Assembly: GCA_964304625.1 (NCBI GenBank)
Contig: OZ199838.1
Span: forward strand, 7,955,350-8,019,349
Source: Kudoa neothunni
Taxonomy: Eukaryota; Animalia; Cnidaria
Reading direction: 5' to 3'
DNA length: 64,000 nt
Of the stretch, positions 37,421 through 51,601 are shown piece by piece. A program made the position numbers and the translations under genes. The notes beneath the pieces are model-generated. The model was not told where the DNA came from. It saw only the letters and a list, made by a program, of their open reading frames with translations, and searched no databases. Numbering within the stretch: position 1 is the stretch's first letter; each line of letters begins with the position of its first letter.

Positions 37421-40400
37421 TTAGCAAAAATATTCCGACAGATCTTCAAGTTTGAGAATACCGGCATTCCCACCAGTAACAATCCATCCAAGACAACAAA
37501 TATTTTCGTTTAACGCAACCTAAATCGAGATGACCAACAATAACAACGGTAAAATGTAAAACTTTGTTAAGTGAAGCAGGGTTTAAAAGAGCACTCGATT
37601 CGTTAGGATTGACACAATTGCCCACATAATTAAGGCCTCTCTTGTTTTTGTAAAGTCTGTCAAACTCATTAAACACAAGCCCATTTTGGATCGAAGAGGC
37701 GAAAGGTTGTCTAACACTGTTACTCCATTCCTCCGTAGTACATAAATTAAGTTGGGACGCTTTCTCTTTAGGAATTTCACTAACATCCATTATAGTATCT
37801 AAATTAGATTTTTCTGGTGCATAGCTTGGGTTAGTTCGTGTAGTCAGAGTGTAAACACACTAAATAAAGTACAGTTAAATCAAAACCACATTCAAAAACA
37901 AACACACAGCTTCGGCTCGACGCGAAGCTTTTGATCCTGCAAAATCTACATTTTTATTTGTTACGAGACAATCACCATTAAATGTAGTTGCTGCTATGAA
38001 TCCACTGTAATTACAAACGCTCATATCCTTAAAGCAACGAATCAGTTATTTTTACAAAAGTTAAAGTTCGTACAGAAAAATTGACGGGCAAACAGAACAA
38101 ACGGTCCCTATCAATATCGTTATTTTGGTTGGTGGTCTCGTCTTCATTCTGATCGGCCGAAGGAATAAGAACCACGGTACGGAGTCCATTTTTATAGGCG
38201 GCCGGTAAAAGTAAATCTATCATATAAGGTTCGCTACAATATTTCGTCCATTTAAGGCGATTGGCAACATCTAAACTCAAAACGATATAACAAACAATAA
38301 CACTTATTTATAGAGCTACATTTATCAACGTAGGTAAAGTATTGGTCTGGATTGTTGATATTCATGAAATAGATCTTCCTGTCCAATCCATCTAAAAGTT
38401 ATGATAAAAAATTGAAAAGGGGAGAAGAGGCTTACGAATAACGACCAAATCTTTCACATGAGGGCAAAATTCTACACCATAAATATTTGATTGGATGATG
38501 CTTTTCATCGAACGAGGAAATACATCTAAATTTATAATAGATACACTGACATGAGTCAATTGTTTTACTGGTAACATTAGAATTTCGCGATCGTGTAAAC
38601 AAATTCTCATTCAGCAAATCCCAGACACAAATAAACCCTAAAAGTAGGTAATCAAAACCGACTAATAAATAAAAAATCAATTGTTTCAGGTCGTAGTAAA
38701 TACAATAAACAACTAACATAATTAAATTCTAACGCGCATCGCAGTATTGAGTTAAGTAAAAAATTAACATACTCATTTTGTAAATTGATGCAAAAATAAA
38801 TTTTTTGTCTGAGTAAGTATAATAAATATATGAGCGATAAATGATTTTTCAAAAAATTTGAAATAAAAAATGTACACATGTCTTAAAGTCTGACTAAAGT
38901 GGAATTCACGAAAATTTAAGAGATACTTGTTATAATATTTTTTTCAACACCAATATTATTACATTTAACGTATCACGTAAACTAAACATAATTCTCCGCT
39001 AAAATTACCATTCGAAAATCCAGCTATCACCATCGTGCAAGATCTAAATGGACTCCAGTTGATGCACGAAGCATTGCCGAAAAGTTGATGACGCAATGGC
39101 AATTTTTCACTGGGAGTATGTTTAGCGCTAGGCACTAGGTTAGCTATGACATCTAGATTCATGTATGCAACACCTACGATAATCCCATAAAAATATGTTG
39201 TAGTATCATTATTACCATCCCGAGAAGCTTGGTTTTCACAGCTTTCCAAAGAAGGTATTCTATATAATTTCATTTAAAAAAAGAACGATAACTGGAAAAG
39301 AATACGATGCAATACGGACGATTTCATCGCATCCGCAAAAGGCTAACAAGCCAAGGGAATTTTCATAATTATTCTGAAATTTTAAATTATCGACATTAGA
39401 ATCGAATCAGTAGTTATAATATAATAAATACGTGAAAAGGAAACCATTTAATTTCAAAAATTGGTCCAAACTCATGCAATAATACCATAACTAATGAGAA
39501 CACCCTATAATAAAATAAATTATCATCGAAGTAACAAAAATGTGGAACTTTTTCTTATCGAATGACCAAATCTGTATGCATCCTTTAAGATTTAATTTTT
39601 CGTTAGCATATGTGAGCTAAAGTTATGATTATTTATTTCGAATGTAATCATAAATTATAAGTTGCTTTCTGGGCCGTACCCGAGTTTGGTTCCTGTGCGT
39701 GAAAACAGCCAAATATTGTGGAAAGTCTACATATTTAGAGAAATTCAATATGCAATAAAATTCAATTTTACCCGGTTTTGGACACCAAGCCATGCTCCAT
39801 ATAGGACCGCCAGCGTTGGCGTATACCTTGTACATACGATCTGAATTTTAATTTAATAACTATTTTATATGCAGTAAACCCACTCTTTTTCAATGTATAA
39901 GTCTCATATAACTGCAAAACTTTCTTAGCGACATTTTGCTTTTGTTTAGAAAAACTTTTAGACACTTTTGTAATAATGATAGTGAAATTTTTGGTGAGAC
40001 ATTCTTCTTCACATATATAATCTTCAATGCAACTATAAAAACGTAGACAGAGGTCCCATAAACTTTAAAAGGCAAGCAGAAATTTATCTTAAGATGAATC
40101 ACCCAGAAAATTTTGCGTTTTTTGACGTTTTAATACTATTGTGTAGCCAATCGGGAAGTTGTTGTTCCGATCCATTATTGTTCCATTTTTCGTCCCTACA
40201 AAGATAAAGTTTCTTAATAACATTCAAATCGTGTTACCAATTAGCAGCCGCTCTATAAGTTGGTAGTTTCTTAAACTGAACCACACCACCTTTTGATTTT
40301 TCATAAAGCTCTTCTTCGTCGTCCTCTTCTACAACGCTACTCATGAATAATATAAAAAATCACAATTCACCTTGGTAATCCGCCACATATTCTTTATCCT

Positions 40401-40486
40401 GGGGTTCAACTTTCACTTTTTGCTTTTTTCTTGCTAAAACTTAGATGTATCTTTGCTAACGCCGAATTCGAATTACTGGCAACCAT
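37421..40486 (-). CDS. GTF3C2: General transcription factor IIIC subunit 2-like WD40 protein, many tiny introns
   Basis: AGGPIWSMAWCP, QYLAVFTH, GCIQIWSF, CINWSP...IAGFSNG, C-terminal WIVTGGNAGILKL; central exons not all resolved. Confidence 0.75.
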
Positions 40487-40652
40487 AATGATAGAAAAAT
40501 TGAGATTAGCTGTAAATTAATATCTAAAATTAATTGTCAATAAGGGCACAAAATAATTACTAACCTCCAATATGTGTGTGCGCTCGCAGAAGAAAAAAAG
40601 GTAACTCACAGAGCGGCTCTTGGTCCCACGTGATTAACCAAGTTCCACTGTT
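40487..40652. promoter_or_regulatory. 166-bp bidirectional promoter region between GTF3C2 and OSGEP
   Basis: Head-to-head ATGs at 40486 (-) and 40653 (+); contains CACGTG (40627-40632) and TGCGCTCGCA. Confidence 0.65.
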
Positions 40653-43600
40653 ATGGTTGTGTCTCTTGGGTTTGAAGGAAGTGCCAATAAACTTGGTATT
40701 GGTGTAATGAGGGATAATGAAATATTAAGCAATGTCCGTGTAACATTTATAACTCCTCCAGGCGAAGGTAGCATACTAATTATTATTCTAGTGGTTTTAA
40801 GTGTGTTTAGCTACAATTTAACTTAATTTTTTAGGATTCAAACCGAGTGATACGGCCAAACACCATAGAGATAATATACATGCCCTTTTAACCAAGTGAT
40901 ATCATGAAAATTTAATATGCCGAATATTGTATTTTCCAATATAGAGCACTCGCTGAAGCAAACATATCACTCAATGATGTTGATATTATTTGTTTTACAC
41001 AAGGTAAATTAATACGATTATCGACTTTAACTCTTCTAGGTCCTGGTATGGGGGAACCTTTGAGTAGTGTTGCCATAGTCGCTCGGTTACTTTCACTTTT
41101 TCTCAATAAACCTTTGATTGGAGTGAATCATTGTATAGCCCGTAACTTATTACTTCCACTGTTTTTTTTATCAAGCTACGTATAGATATTGAAATGGGAA
41201 GATTTGTTACAAATGCGCATAATCCTGTAATATTATATGTTAGTGGGGGTAACACCCAAGTAATCTATTGAGCACCTTATCAAACACGTGTACTAAAATT
41301 ATTTATTTTTTGTAGGTTATTGTATATACTAATCGTAAATACGTGATATTTGGTGAAACCTTAGATATTGCAATAGGAAATTGTCTAGATAGAGTGGCTC
41401 GTCTGTTAAATGTACCGATGTTTTTTATTTTGACAGTGATTATAATATAGTTTATATCAGTTATCCAACGATCCATCGCCTGGTTACAATATTGAACAAT
41501 TAGCCAAATTGTAAGTATAATTCTTTAATTTGCAACGTTTCATTTAAAATCAATCTATTACTTTAAATCATGTTGTTACCTCAGATTTAACTTTCGAACG
41601 ACATGTAAACGTTTTGAATTCTTTAATTATCATTAAATGATATAGTATAGACTCTTGTTCTATATAGTAGGCAACCGATATTACGCACTTTCATCGATAC
41701 GACGTATTCAAAGTGTATATTGGGTGAAACGTTTTATAATATTTTTGTGATTGTAAAAAGATAAAAGTCTTAAAAATGTTTTTTGATTAAACTAAGAAAT
41801 TTCCAAGCTGTTATATCACGTGACTAACAGATATACTCACTTTTTCGACCAAACCATGTAGATTAAATTGTTTTTATTGGAAACGAGGGTAAAATTTTAA
41901 TTCTGACGGTTGAATTTTCGAACGAATAGAAAAGTGTTTTGTGATATCTCGGAAAAAATTATCATTTCATGAAAATGCAAATAGAATAAACTTTGTTTCA
42001 AGACAATGTTAGTTGACAATTAACCCGGCCTGTCCGAGGTGGGCCACCGAGTGACCCCAAAAGACGTATTTTGTTCATAGTTCATAGAAAACTAAATTAT
42101 TTTCCCTAATATTTTCTAAATGCGCCTTTGGTGTTTCAAGTCTTCCTTTTAAACAATAAAAGTTACCGAATTTAGTTTTTAATAGTTTAAAATTGATTGT
42201 ATTATTATATTATAATCAGAAATGTTAGACTTTTATCGTTGTAGGATTGTTTGGAGATTTACGAAAGTTAATCCCACAAGGTTGTGTTAATTCTCCGCCA
42301 GTAGTAACTTTTTGTTTCGATTATATTAATTTTCTTTTATAATAAAAATTAATATTGTGATAAAAAATTAAGTCTGAAAAGATAAATCAACTTATTGAGG
42401 GTTCATGAAGCCGCGACGATGATGTTTCATATGAATTTTCTGATAGTACGCTTACTCAAACTGATTTGTTCATTCGTAATATTGTTGATGTTACATCCGC
42501 AAAACCAAAAATTAAATTATTACATTTCGGTTTTTTAAATAAATATAGAGATCGAAGTTTAAAAGCGAGGAAGTAAACTCGACTGAGAAAAGGAGGCTTA
42601 GAACTCAAATAAATTGAAATATAATGTCAGTATATAATCAAAAAGCTTTTAAATTTTAAAACGCAACAGATTATGACCGAAGAATTCAACAAACAGCAAA
42701 AATAAAAAATTCTGCGTCTTTGGAATCAAAAATCTGCTTATATCGACCACAACCAAAAGTTACTTTTTGATGTGTGGTTTGTTGTTGTTCACATATATCA
42801 TGCTAGACTTTTGTTTTTTAAGTTTTATGATAAGCGCATGAATTATTTCTACAAATAAATCATTACTGCCGAAATATTGTCGATTTAAACCCGTGCATTT
42901 CATTTTGTGTAAAAAATGATGCGGCTAACAAACAATGCTATTTTTTGTAATGAAGGAAATAAAAATTTAGTTAATTGTTAGTTTTTATTAGCTTAATATT
43001 ATATAATAAAATAATTGATAATGATTCAAGCGCAGTCAGATGTCACTAACATTGATTTCTTCTGGGGTCGCTGGGTGCCCCACTTCAGCACGGGGATAAT
43101 TTTTTTTCGCTGAGTACGGGGAAGGTTAAAGAATGATGTAGGTGCACATAATTAAAGATTTTAAGATTAAAATATAATTTTTTAGAATTGATTATTCACT
43201 AAATTTTATCCGAGTGTAAAAAGATACAAATATTTTACCAATAAATGATTAAAACAAAAATTGCGAATTATTTTTCGGCCAAATAATCTTAATAATGTTT
43301 TTTTGTTATTATAATTTTATCAAAGGTATTATACCTATGCTAAAAAATAAAGAAAATGCACAAAAATGGTACACGCGCACGCAATTTATGTGCGTATTAT
43401 CGATTGCCTGCTGCGTTTAAAAATTTTAAAGATTTTAATATCTGAGACAAGAATAATGATAAACCAGTTTTAATATTACATAAACCGTTGATATTTAAAT
43501 GTGGAAGTATCTATTCGCACCAGGGTTGCCAGAATTGGTACGCTCGTACCAAAATGGTACTTTTTCACCTTCAAGACAAAATTTTCAATCCCGTCGACGA

Positions 43601-46600
43601 TATTCAGTTCCCGGTTAGGTATTAGTGATGAATGCAAAGTAGCGTTAATGGCTTATTTAAAAATGTATACTTTTTACGTTTATTTATTGTTATTTTAGCG
43701 TATAGATATAATATTATACGAATATATGCAAAATATGTCTTGGTATTGAATTCGATGTTATTTTAAATATCCAATTTATCTCTTTAATGTTTGGTCTCAT
43801 AAAGAAAAGAAAACAGCCAATTAAATTTCACAATATTATCATTTAACAAAATTTTATAAACTTAAGCTTATTTTTTTCTTCACCCACATGTTGAATGAGT
43901 TTCTGACCACGAGAATGTTATCTATTTATTGTTTTAAATGAAACTTTCTTTGATTTCATGGTCAAATCGGCTTCATTCAATCCCAATGTATATTTAACCT
44001 TATACGTGGGAAATTAGCTCGTTTACTTCACGAAATTAATTCTTCTGCCTAAAAGTTTTATACTTTTTGGCCTTAAATGTTTTTTTAATTAAAAAATCTG
44101 GCTCGAAAGAGTTATTGAATTTAATTGTCGCTAAAAAAATTCCTGAAAATGTTAAATTTATACATTTATAACTAGAGGAATTGTTAATAAATTATATTGT
44201 TTAAAATTGCACCCATCATTGACACCCGGAAACATTTAAATGTTATGGAAATGAAGTTGAAGAGGAAAACGATATCCGGAATGCGATAAGGATAAAATTT
44301 TATACACAGACACTTATTTTAACGTACAAATTCATTCTTAATAACGCGCGTTTTAGTAATTTACTACATAGTTTTTGCATTCAACAAGTTGAATTAATTT
44401 CTGTAACTTTTATTGTGTTATACATAATGTAATATTTGTTGGGTTAGTGATTCTTGATGGCCTTTAATCAAAACGATAGCGACTGGGGAAACGAAAGTGA
44501 TATAAGTAACACACCAATCAAGAAAATATATAAAGGTTATAAACGCAAGGTAAGAAGAGAATAGTCGGAAGATCGAAGATTTATCCAGTGGATTGATGTG
44601 AGCGAGGATAACAAAGAGGAAGTGTTCTGTAAAGTGTGTAAATGTGAAGTTTCGGGGAGTATTTCACAAATCGGAGAAGATATGTAGCAACCAAAAAGCA
44701 TTTAAGAAATATGAGACAATCCACAAATAATATGTGAATAGATAGTTATATGGAATTAAATAGTTCTATTGTATATGCTAGAAAAATAACTAAAGCAGAA
44801 TTGAAATTTTGTGCCTTTGTTGCGGGAGACAATTCGCCGTTGGCCATCTTGGATCATTTGACTGGTTTAGTTGTCAATGTTTGTGAAGATTCTGTCATTT
44901 GCGGAGATATTAAATGTGCTGGAACGGAAGGAAAATGTGTTTTTCGTCATGTTATTGGGGAATATTACTTAAAAAACTTAATCTTAAAGTTACAAAAAAC
45001 CAAATTTTCATTAATAATAGATGAAACCACATATATATCAACAACTAAACAACTAGTTTAATAGCTCGATATTATGATGTCGATTGTAAAAAGATAATGG
45101 TCAAATATTTGGTCATGTTGGAGATAACGAATTGTGTTGGCAAAGGAATTTTTGAATCATTGATAAATTTTTTTAAGATTAATAAAATCTTCATTCACAA
45201 TCTTATCGGATTTGCCAATGACAATGCAAATGTTATGATGGGTAACGAAAGTGGTGTCCAGAGTTGACTGAAACAAATAATTCCTTCGCTTTACGTGAAA
45301 GGTTGCAGTTGTCATTCAGTAAATTTATGTGCTTCTAAAGCTTATCATCAACTTTCAAACGAGCTGAAAGATTTAGCTAGAAGTATTTACACATATATTT
45401 TGAATTGCCAAAAACATTTGAGTGAATACAAGGAATTTCAAAAGATAATGGATATTTGTACTAGAAAGATATTACGCCCTTGTAGCACAAGATGGTTGCC
45501 ACTTGAACAAGTCGTCGCTAGAATACTCGATCAATGGAAGGCACTTAAAATGTTTTTTGCTACTGCAGTATCAGAAAATGGTTTTGAATCAGAAAAATTA
45601 ATAAATCATAAACTCAATAAACCAATCAATCATGTATTTTGATTCTTAAACTTTATACTCCCAATAATGAACAAACTTAATCTTGAATTCCAATCAGAAA
45701 CTTTTCGAATACACAAGCTAAAAAATTCACTTAGTGTTACAGTAAAAGTCATTCTCAGCTTATTTATGAAAAGAGAAATTATTAAAAATATGGATATTTA
45801 GATATTAATAACCCTTCAAATTATCTTCCATTAGATAGCGTTTGTCGCGGATCCAAAATGACTTCCATTATAAATTCACAAGAATATCTCCAATATAAAA
45901 TAAATACATTTAATTTTAATATTCTTTTAACAAATGAAATATTTGATCATTTTCTATACAATAATTCATTTAAATAACTTGGATTATTTGAGGAAATGGA
46001 TCCAAGTAACGTAAATGAAGGTAGGCCAGAGTCTATCATACCCCCGGCAGCAAGATTCCCCAATCGTATATCGGATGAAGAGTACACCAATTTGGATATT
46101 GAATGGAGACAATTAACTCTCGAAGACTCAAATCTCGTTTCGTTAGAAGATCCCGAAAATTTTTTGTACAACGTATCAGTAAAAATAATTGGCGATGTTC
46201 CTAAATATCCATTAATTTCAAAACTAATGATGAGCTTGCACTTATTACTTTATTCTTCTGCTTTTAACGAAAGAATACTTTCCTAATTGAACATAATCAA
46301 AATTAAAAATAGATCATTATTGAAGACGGAAACATTAAACAGCTTGGTTTATTCGAAAACTTTATTTTATAATACAGATTGTACAAAATAGAACCCGCCT
46401 GAAAATTTAATAGCAGCATTCATAGAGACAAACCTTTATGAAGATAACTGTAATGAAACAATTTCATTTTAGATAGATTAAAAAACATTTGAAATAACTA
46501 CGTTTTTCCTCCTTAATCTTTTTTTGTGCAGATTAACTGTTGATACATTTTACTTGATTTTGGTGTTTTTCAAAAATTTTGGGTACTTTTTTTGCTAATC

Positions 46601-49600
46601 TTCCGGCAACCTTGGTGAAAATAGACACCTGAAATGTAGGATACTAAAATTTTTTGGAGAAATCCATTTGAAAAATATGATTGGCTAAAGTTTACCACAT
46701 CCCCAGCAGTCGGATTTTTTCGTTTCCGAGGGTCAACGAAGAGCTGCGCAAAACATAAAGACCGTAAACTGTACATTTTAATTTTCAAAGTTATAAACTA
46801 ATTTTATTAAATTTATTAATTCAGAAAATATTTTATTTTTGTGCTTTATCTTAAAACAACACTCAGAAATATAGGATGAAATCATCTCTTTTTTCTTGTT
46901 TGTTATACTCCTATACTTACGTTTAAAAGCTCCCCACAAACTTTCAATTCTGTTAGTATGAACACCAGTGGCACTCACAAATTCATACTTATGAATCACT
47001 ACGTCATGCTGATAACCAATATTTTCTAAGTTTTCGTAGCTTGGCCATCCATTAGTGTGTATTATTGAACCTTGATTAACATATTGAAGAATAATCCCTT
47101 CTAATGTCGGCTGATCTCTAATTTCAGTTTGAACCATGAAAACCTCTCCATTTTCGTCGACACCTCAAACAATCCATACACCCTGAGTTTGCGAGATCCT
47201 TCCAACATGAAACTTTCTTTTGCAATTTTGACTTTAGTCAATTTGCATTTTTATTCCGGGGCCGCCTATTTTAGTGGGGTTCATGATATAATAACTCAGA
47301 CATAAGTCCCGCATGAAATTTTTCCAGTCGCATGCCGTCCTAGTAGACTCTAATCTGCATTCTTTCATGAGGATACGTTGGCTCTGCATCTCGTTGCACC
47401 AGAGATATATAATTTTTAAAATTTGATATAATGAGAGTTTCGATTGGTAAAAGAAAATATTATATCTAATGGATAGTTCTTTTAGGCAACCATGATTATG
47501 ACATCTGAAATTGTATCCATCTGGATATCGTGGTCGAATCGCCACAACCATTCTACATCCACAAATGCATACTCTTTAGGCAAAAGTCCAATTTCAATTA
47601 AAAATTTCAACAGTTCATTCTTCCTATCTTTGAAATATGTTATTTCTTCAAAGTTTAGTTCATCTAAATTATTAGTTGAATAAACAACGGGAAGCATTCG
47701 TGGTTTTTTGGGAGTCGTGTGACCTCGGAAGCGAAAACCCCCGACTGTTGGGGATGTTGTAAACTTTAACCATATTATTTAATAATGATAAACATCGATT
47801 ACTTCGAAAATCTCCTAAACCTTATTCGGCCTGTTTCAACAATACCCCTTATTTTTTGATTCCGGATCAAGTTTAAAATACGCCCCCAAATCCGTATAAT
47901 GCAGTGTATCATGTCAAATTAGCGCGATAACAATTATTCTGCGCGTAAAAGTATATGCACAACATATATTAATTAACAAATAATAATATAACTAAATTAA
48001 ATGTAATAAACGGGTTTTAATTCATCTAAAACCCCAGACCACAAATCTTCCTCGTGTTTACTCCTCCATTGAAATTCACCAAGAAATTCGTTGATTCCAA
48101 CTTCATCAAATTCATTTACCGATGAGGTCAGATTTCTTGGCGATATTTTATATTTAATGACATTCCACGTCCTCTCAATTGTATTTGTATATGCTCCCGT
48201 AATTGAATCCACATATTCTATTTTATTAACCTGTAAATGCCCATAAACTCATGGAATTAATTATAACTGGAAGAACAATCTATAAAGATCGTAGGTCTTT
48301 CTTAAATGTAAGTTTTATTGATGAAAATAACGACGAGTTTTCTACTACCATATACAGAGGATTATAGTCGACCGATTATAATCTCCACTACGCAGTATTG
48401 GATTTGGGGGGGGGGGGGGGCGTACGTTAAACTTTCGCCTTTTGATGAATAGCCTCACACTCCTTTTTTTTAATGTCTTATGCAATTAGTTGTAAGTTAA
48501 GAAACTGCCCTTATTATAATGGACTAATCTCACGATTAATTTCCACACTCTCTTATTGGCCACAAAATGTGAAGATATATAATGTTTCATTCAGTATGGT
48601 AATGATAGGAGTCAGCTCAGCAAACAAAGATAGTGAGTGATGCTGCAACATTGACTTTCCACTAGATATCGTTTGTGATCATATCCGATAACTCTCTCTA
48701 TGGTTGAATATACGTAGACTTAAGGATGATAAATAATCAAAACCCAAGCCAAAATCATGCTCGCACGTGCGCCATAATTTTACGTTATTGGCCGCCGCCA
48801 ACGCACGTAGAAACTGTAACAATCGCAATAAAGTTAAACTATATACTTATAATTAAACTTATCAAATGATGGAGTTCTTTAATATAGATTATATTACTTT
48901 TTAATTGATAGTTAAGTTGTCCAATTTTAGAATATTACGTGTTTGGGTTAGTTTTTTTAAAGATAAAATAACTTTTTATTTTGATGCATTTTTTTTTGAA
49001 TATTTAAAATTCCATTCATTGGATAAAGGGATAAATAATTCTTCTATTACATTATCAAATTTTGTTTCGCATATACTATTTTTGAGAGACTAAATTATAA
49101 TTTAAATGTCCACCTTTTCAATATTACAAACCTTTATTTTAATATCTTCAAGTTTGATGGAAAATGTAATTCAGAAATTTCTCCCTCCGCATGACATGAT
49201 AAAAATTTGGTTGTTACAATTTAAAATGATTTTATGCATTCGTGAAGACAGATAAATGCTGAAAAGTATTCGTTTCAATTTGTTTTCAAAATTTTGCGTT
49301 ATGTTTAAGTGACTATTTTAGATGTTTACGGTAAATTAACTAAACATAATTGATTTATTTATTATTCAGTCAATAGCATTAGGTTTTACAGCGCTCACGC
49401 AATTAAAAAAAATGATTTCGCAGTATTTGAGAGGGCTAGACTTGAATGATTTAACGAGTTCCTGGGATTAGTTGATGTATTCTTCGGTAATATAACAACA
49501 TTTTCGCTTTATCGGGCTGAATAAATATTTTCCGCTTTATCTTAACTTTAGGATTTCTTGGTGACCTTTCATTTCCCTAAACAACTAAGCTTTATAATTC

Positions 49601-51078
49601 CAAAACTATTCAATAGATAGATATGGTATTTTAATGCATCAGCGGGAACTTGAATAATCCCTCTGAAAATAATTTGTTGAGTATTTATTTTTCTTTCCCA
49701 TCTGACTCAAATCGGTGCTTTAACTTTTTTATTAATGCCCAAATTTTAAATACTTCTGTGAGCTTATTATGTTGACCAGAGGGAAAAATTGTTATAATGT
49801 TGGAATAATTGATCTTATCTATTTTATACAGTATTGAGTTTAATCTTGACATAATGCTTAATAATTTTTTTGAATTTACCATTTAATCTACTCGATATTT
49901 TTTTAAATTTATTTTTGTTTTCAGTTTAACAGATACGATGATAGATATTTTGGCGCCAGCTGCTTTCGGACACACCATAATAAGAAAAAATAAATAAACG
50001 TTAAGCATAACCTAAATTCGCTTTTATCATGTAAAATTCAAAAAGAGTTAATGAAAAGTAAGTTCTTCCAACATTAATTTTAATAATTAATCTGTGTAAT
50101 TGGACGACGTGTATATTAAAGAATTGAAAATATAATTATTTAAAATTTTATTGACATATTACACAGGGTTCATAAGTCACTGTATGTAAACTCTGAATTT
50201 AATGCATAAAAATACAAAACACATTAAATACGTATAAATTCTTCAAATTGTTACCGATTACCGTTTGGCATGTATCGAGCTATAGTAAATAATGTCTAGT
50301 TAATAGTCGTTGGTTATTTGATTGTAACAATTTTTATTTTATTAGTAATTTGATAATAGGGGTCGTCGTTTTGTTCCATTGCCTTACGTCGTAAAAGGAA
50401 TGGATGTTTCTTTCTCAGGCATCCTTTCTTTTCTTGAAGTAATTGTTTGATCGATGGAATCATTTCTTAATAATTAATTGAAGTTAAAATATTCCTATCT
50501 TGTAAGCGAAGAGGGTGGTAACTATTCACACGAAGATATTTGTTATTCACTACAAGAAGTTGTTTTTGCGATGCTAATCGAAATTACTGGTATTTGATGC
50601 CTATATCTTCCAATAGAAGCTATTGATTTCTAGAGAGAGCCATGTCAAACACGCAGGGCAATGAAGTTCTTATTGTTGGTGGTGTGGGGTGTATGTTCAG
50701 ATAGAAATGAAATATTTTTTATTGAATCTATTAGGTAACGAACGATTACAGGAAATGATGAGTATTATTACTGCAGTTTTAAACGCTTTTATATACAATT
50801 ATAGAAACTATGGCCATTGAGAGAAATGCTACGTTATACGCTACTGACGAAAGGTAAATAGTGGCTAGCATTTAACTAGTCTAACCTAATTTCAAGATAT
50901 TGCATTGACAATGGAATAATGATTGCGTATACTGGATTCCTGATGTATCAAAGTGGATTATCTACGTCTTTAGACTCATCAAGGGTTACTCAAAGGTAAT
51001 AATTCAGTACATTATGTATTTATTACTGGCCCATTTAGATTCAGAACAGACACTGTTGATATTAAATGGCGGGATTGA
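40653..51078 (+). CDS. OSGEP: tRNA N6-threonylcarbamoyltransferase OSGEP/Kae1; intact, includes an 8849-bp intron (41511-50359)
   Basis: [64 protein letters not shown]|[52 protein letters not shown]...WRD*. Confidence 0.96.
42024..43125. mobile_element. Decayed non-autonomous piggyBac-type element in the OSGEP intron
   Basis: TTAA|CCC... and ...GAAGG|TTAA; degenerate subterminal inverted GGGGTC/GACCCC motifs. Confidence 0.65.
43521..46614 (+). mobile_element. hAT (ZNF862/Tip100-like) transposon, decayed, in the OSGEP intron
   Basis: Termini CAGGGTTGCC / rc CAAGGTTGCC; [38 protein letters not shown] fragments. Confidence 0.85.
46683..47771 (-). mobile_element. Merlin transposon, full length with frameshifts, in the OSGEP intron
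   Basis: ~55-bp TIRs GGCTAAAGTTTAC / rc GGTTAAAGTTTAC; 8-bp TSD ATATGATT / ATATTATT; [36 protein letters not shown]. Confidence 0.92.
47862..48439 (-). mobile_element. Internally deleted Merlin remnant
   Basis: Degenerate TIRs AAGTTTAA..TACGCCCCC..AAATCC; [16 protein letters not shown]; flanks TTTTGATT / TTTTGATG. Confidence 0.7.
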
Positions 51079-51601
51079 TTCTAGTTTACGTAGGCTAGCT
51101 ACAACTCGCGTGCAATTTAGTCATGTTAGAAACAGATTTACGTTTATAACTTATGAATATGAATTTATTATTCGTACCATGATTCTAAAAAGATAATTTT
51201 TTTTATTTGTGTTCCAACTTTTTTGTGCCTTCAACAAACAAATTAAAACATGATGATCACGCCTAGCAATGTGAGTCTCCTTAGATTTTCAATCATTCAG
51301 CTCCTTAAGATTCTAGATAAAAATTATTGCATTATAACTAACTTGGATCCTTATAAAGGAAGGATGCAGTGATTTCAAGCTTATCTCAATGGTATAATAG
51401 AATTTATTACGATCTAAAGCTAGATTATCCTTTAACACTAAACACAGTTGGTTACAAATAGTAGTTATTTGTGAAAATAAATTTATTAAAAAAAGGATAA
51501 TTATGACAGAATTTTGGAAGAAACTGAACTTTATAGTTAAATCCTCGTATTTAATTCTGGAAACGCGCTCAAAACATTCGATCAACCATCATGCCATAGA
51601 G

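Noticed and set aside
48407-48420. Poly-G run as a G-quadruplex or regulatory element
   Set aside because: It is an expansion of the G tract in a Merlin TIR (partner CCCCC near 47883) or a homopolymer artefact.
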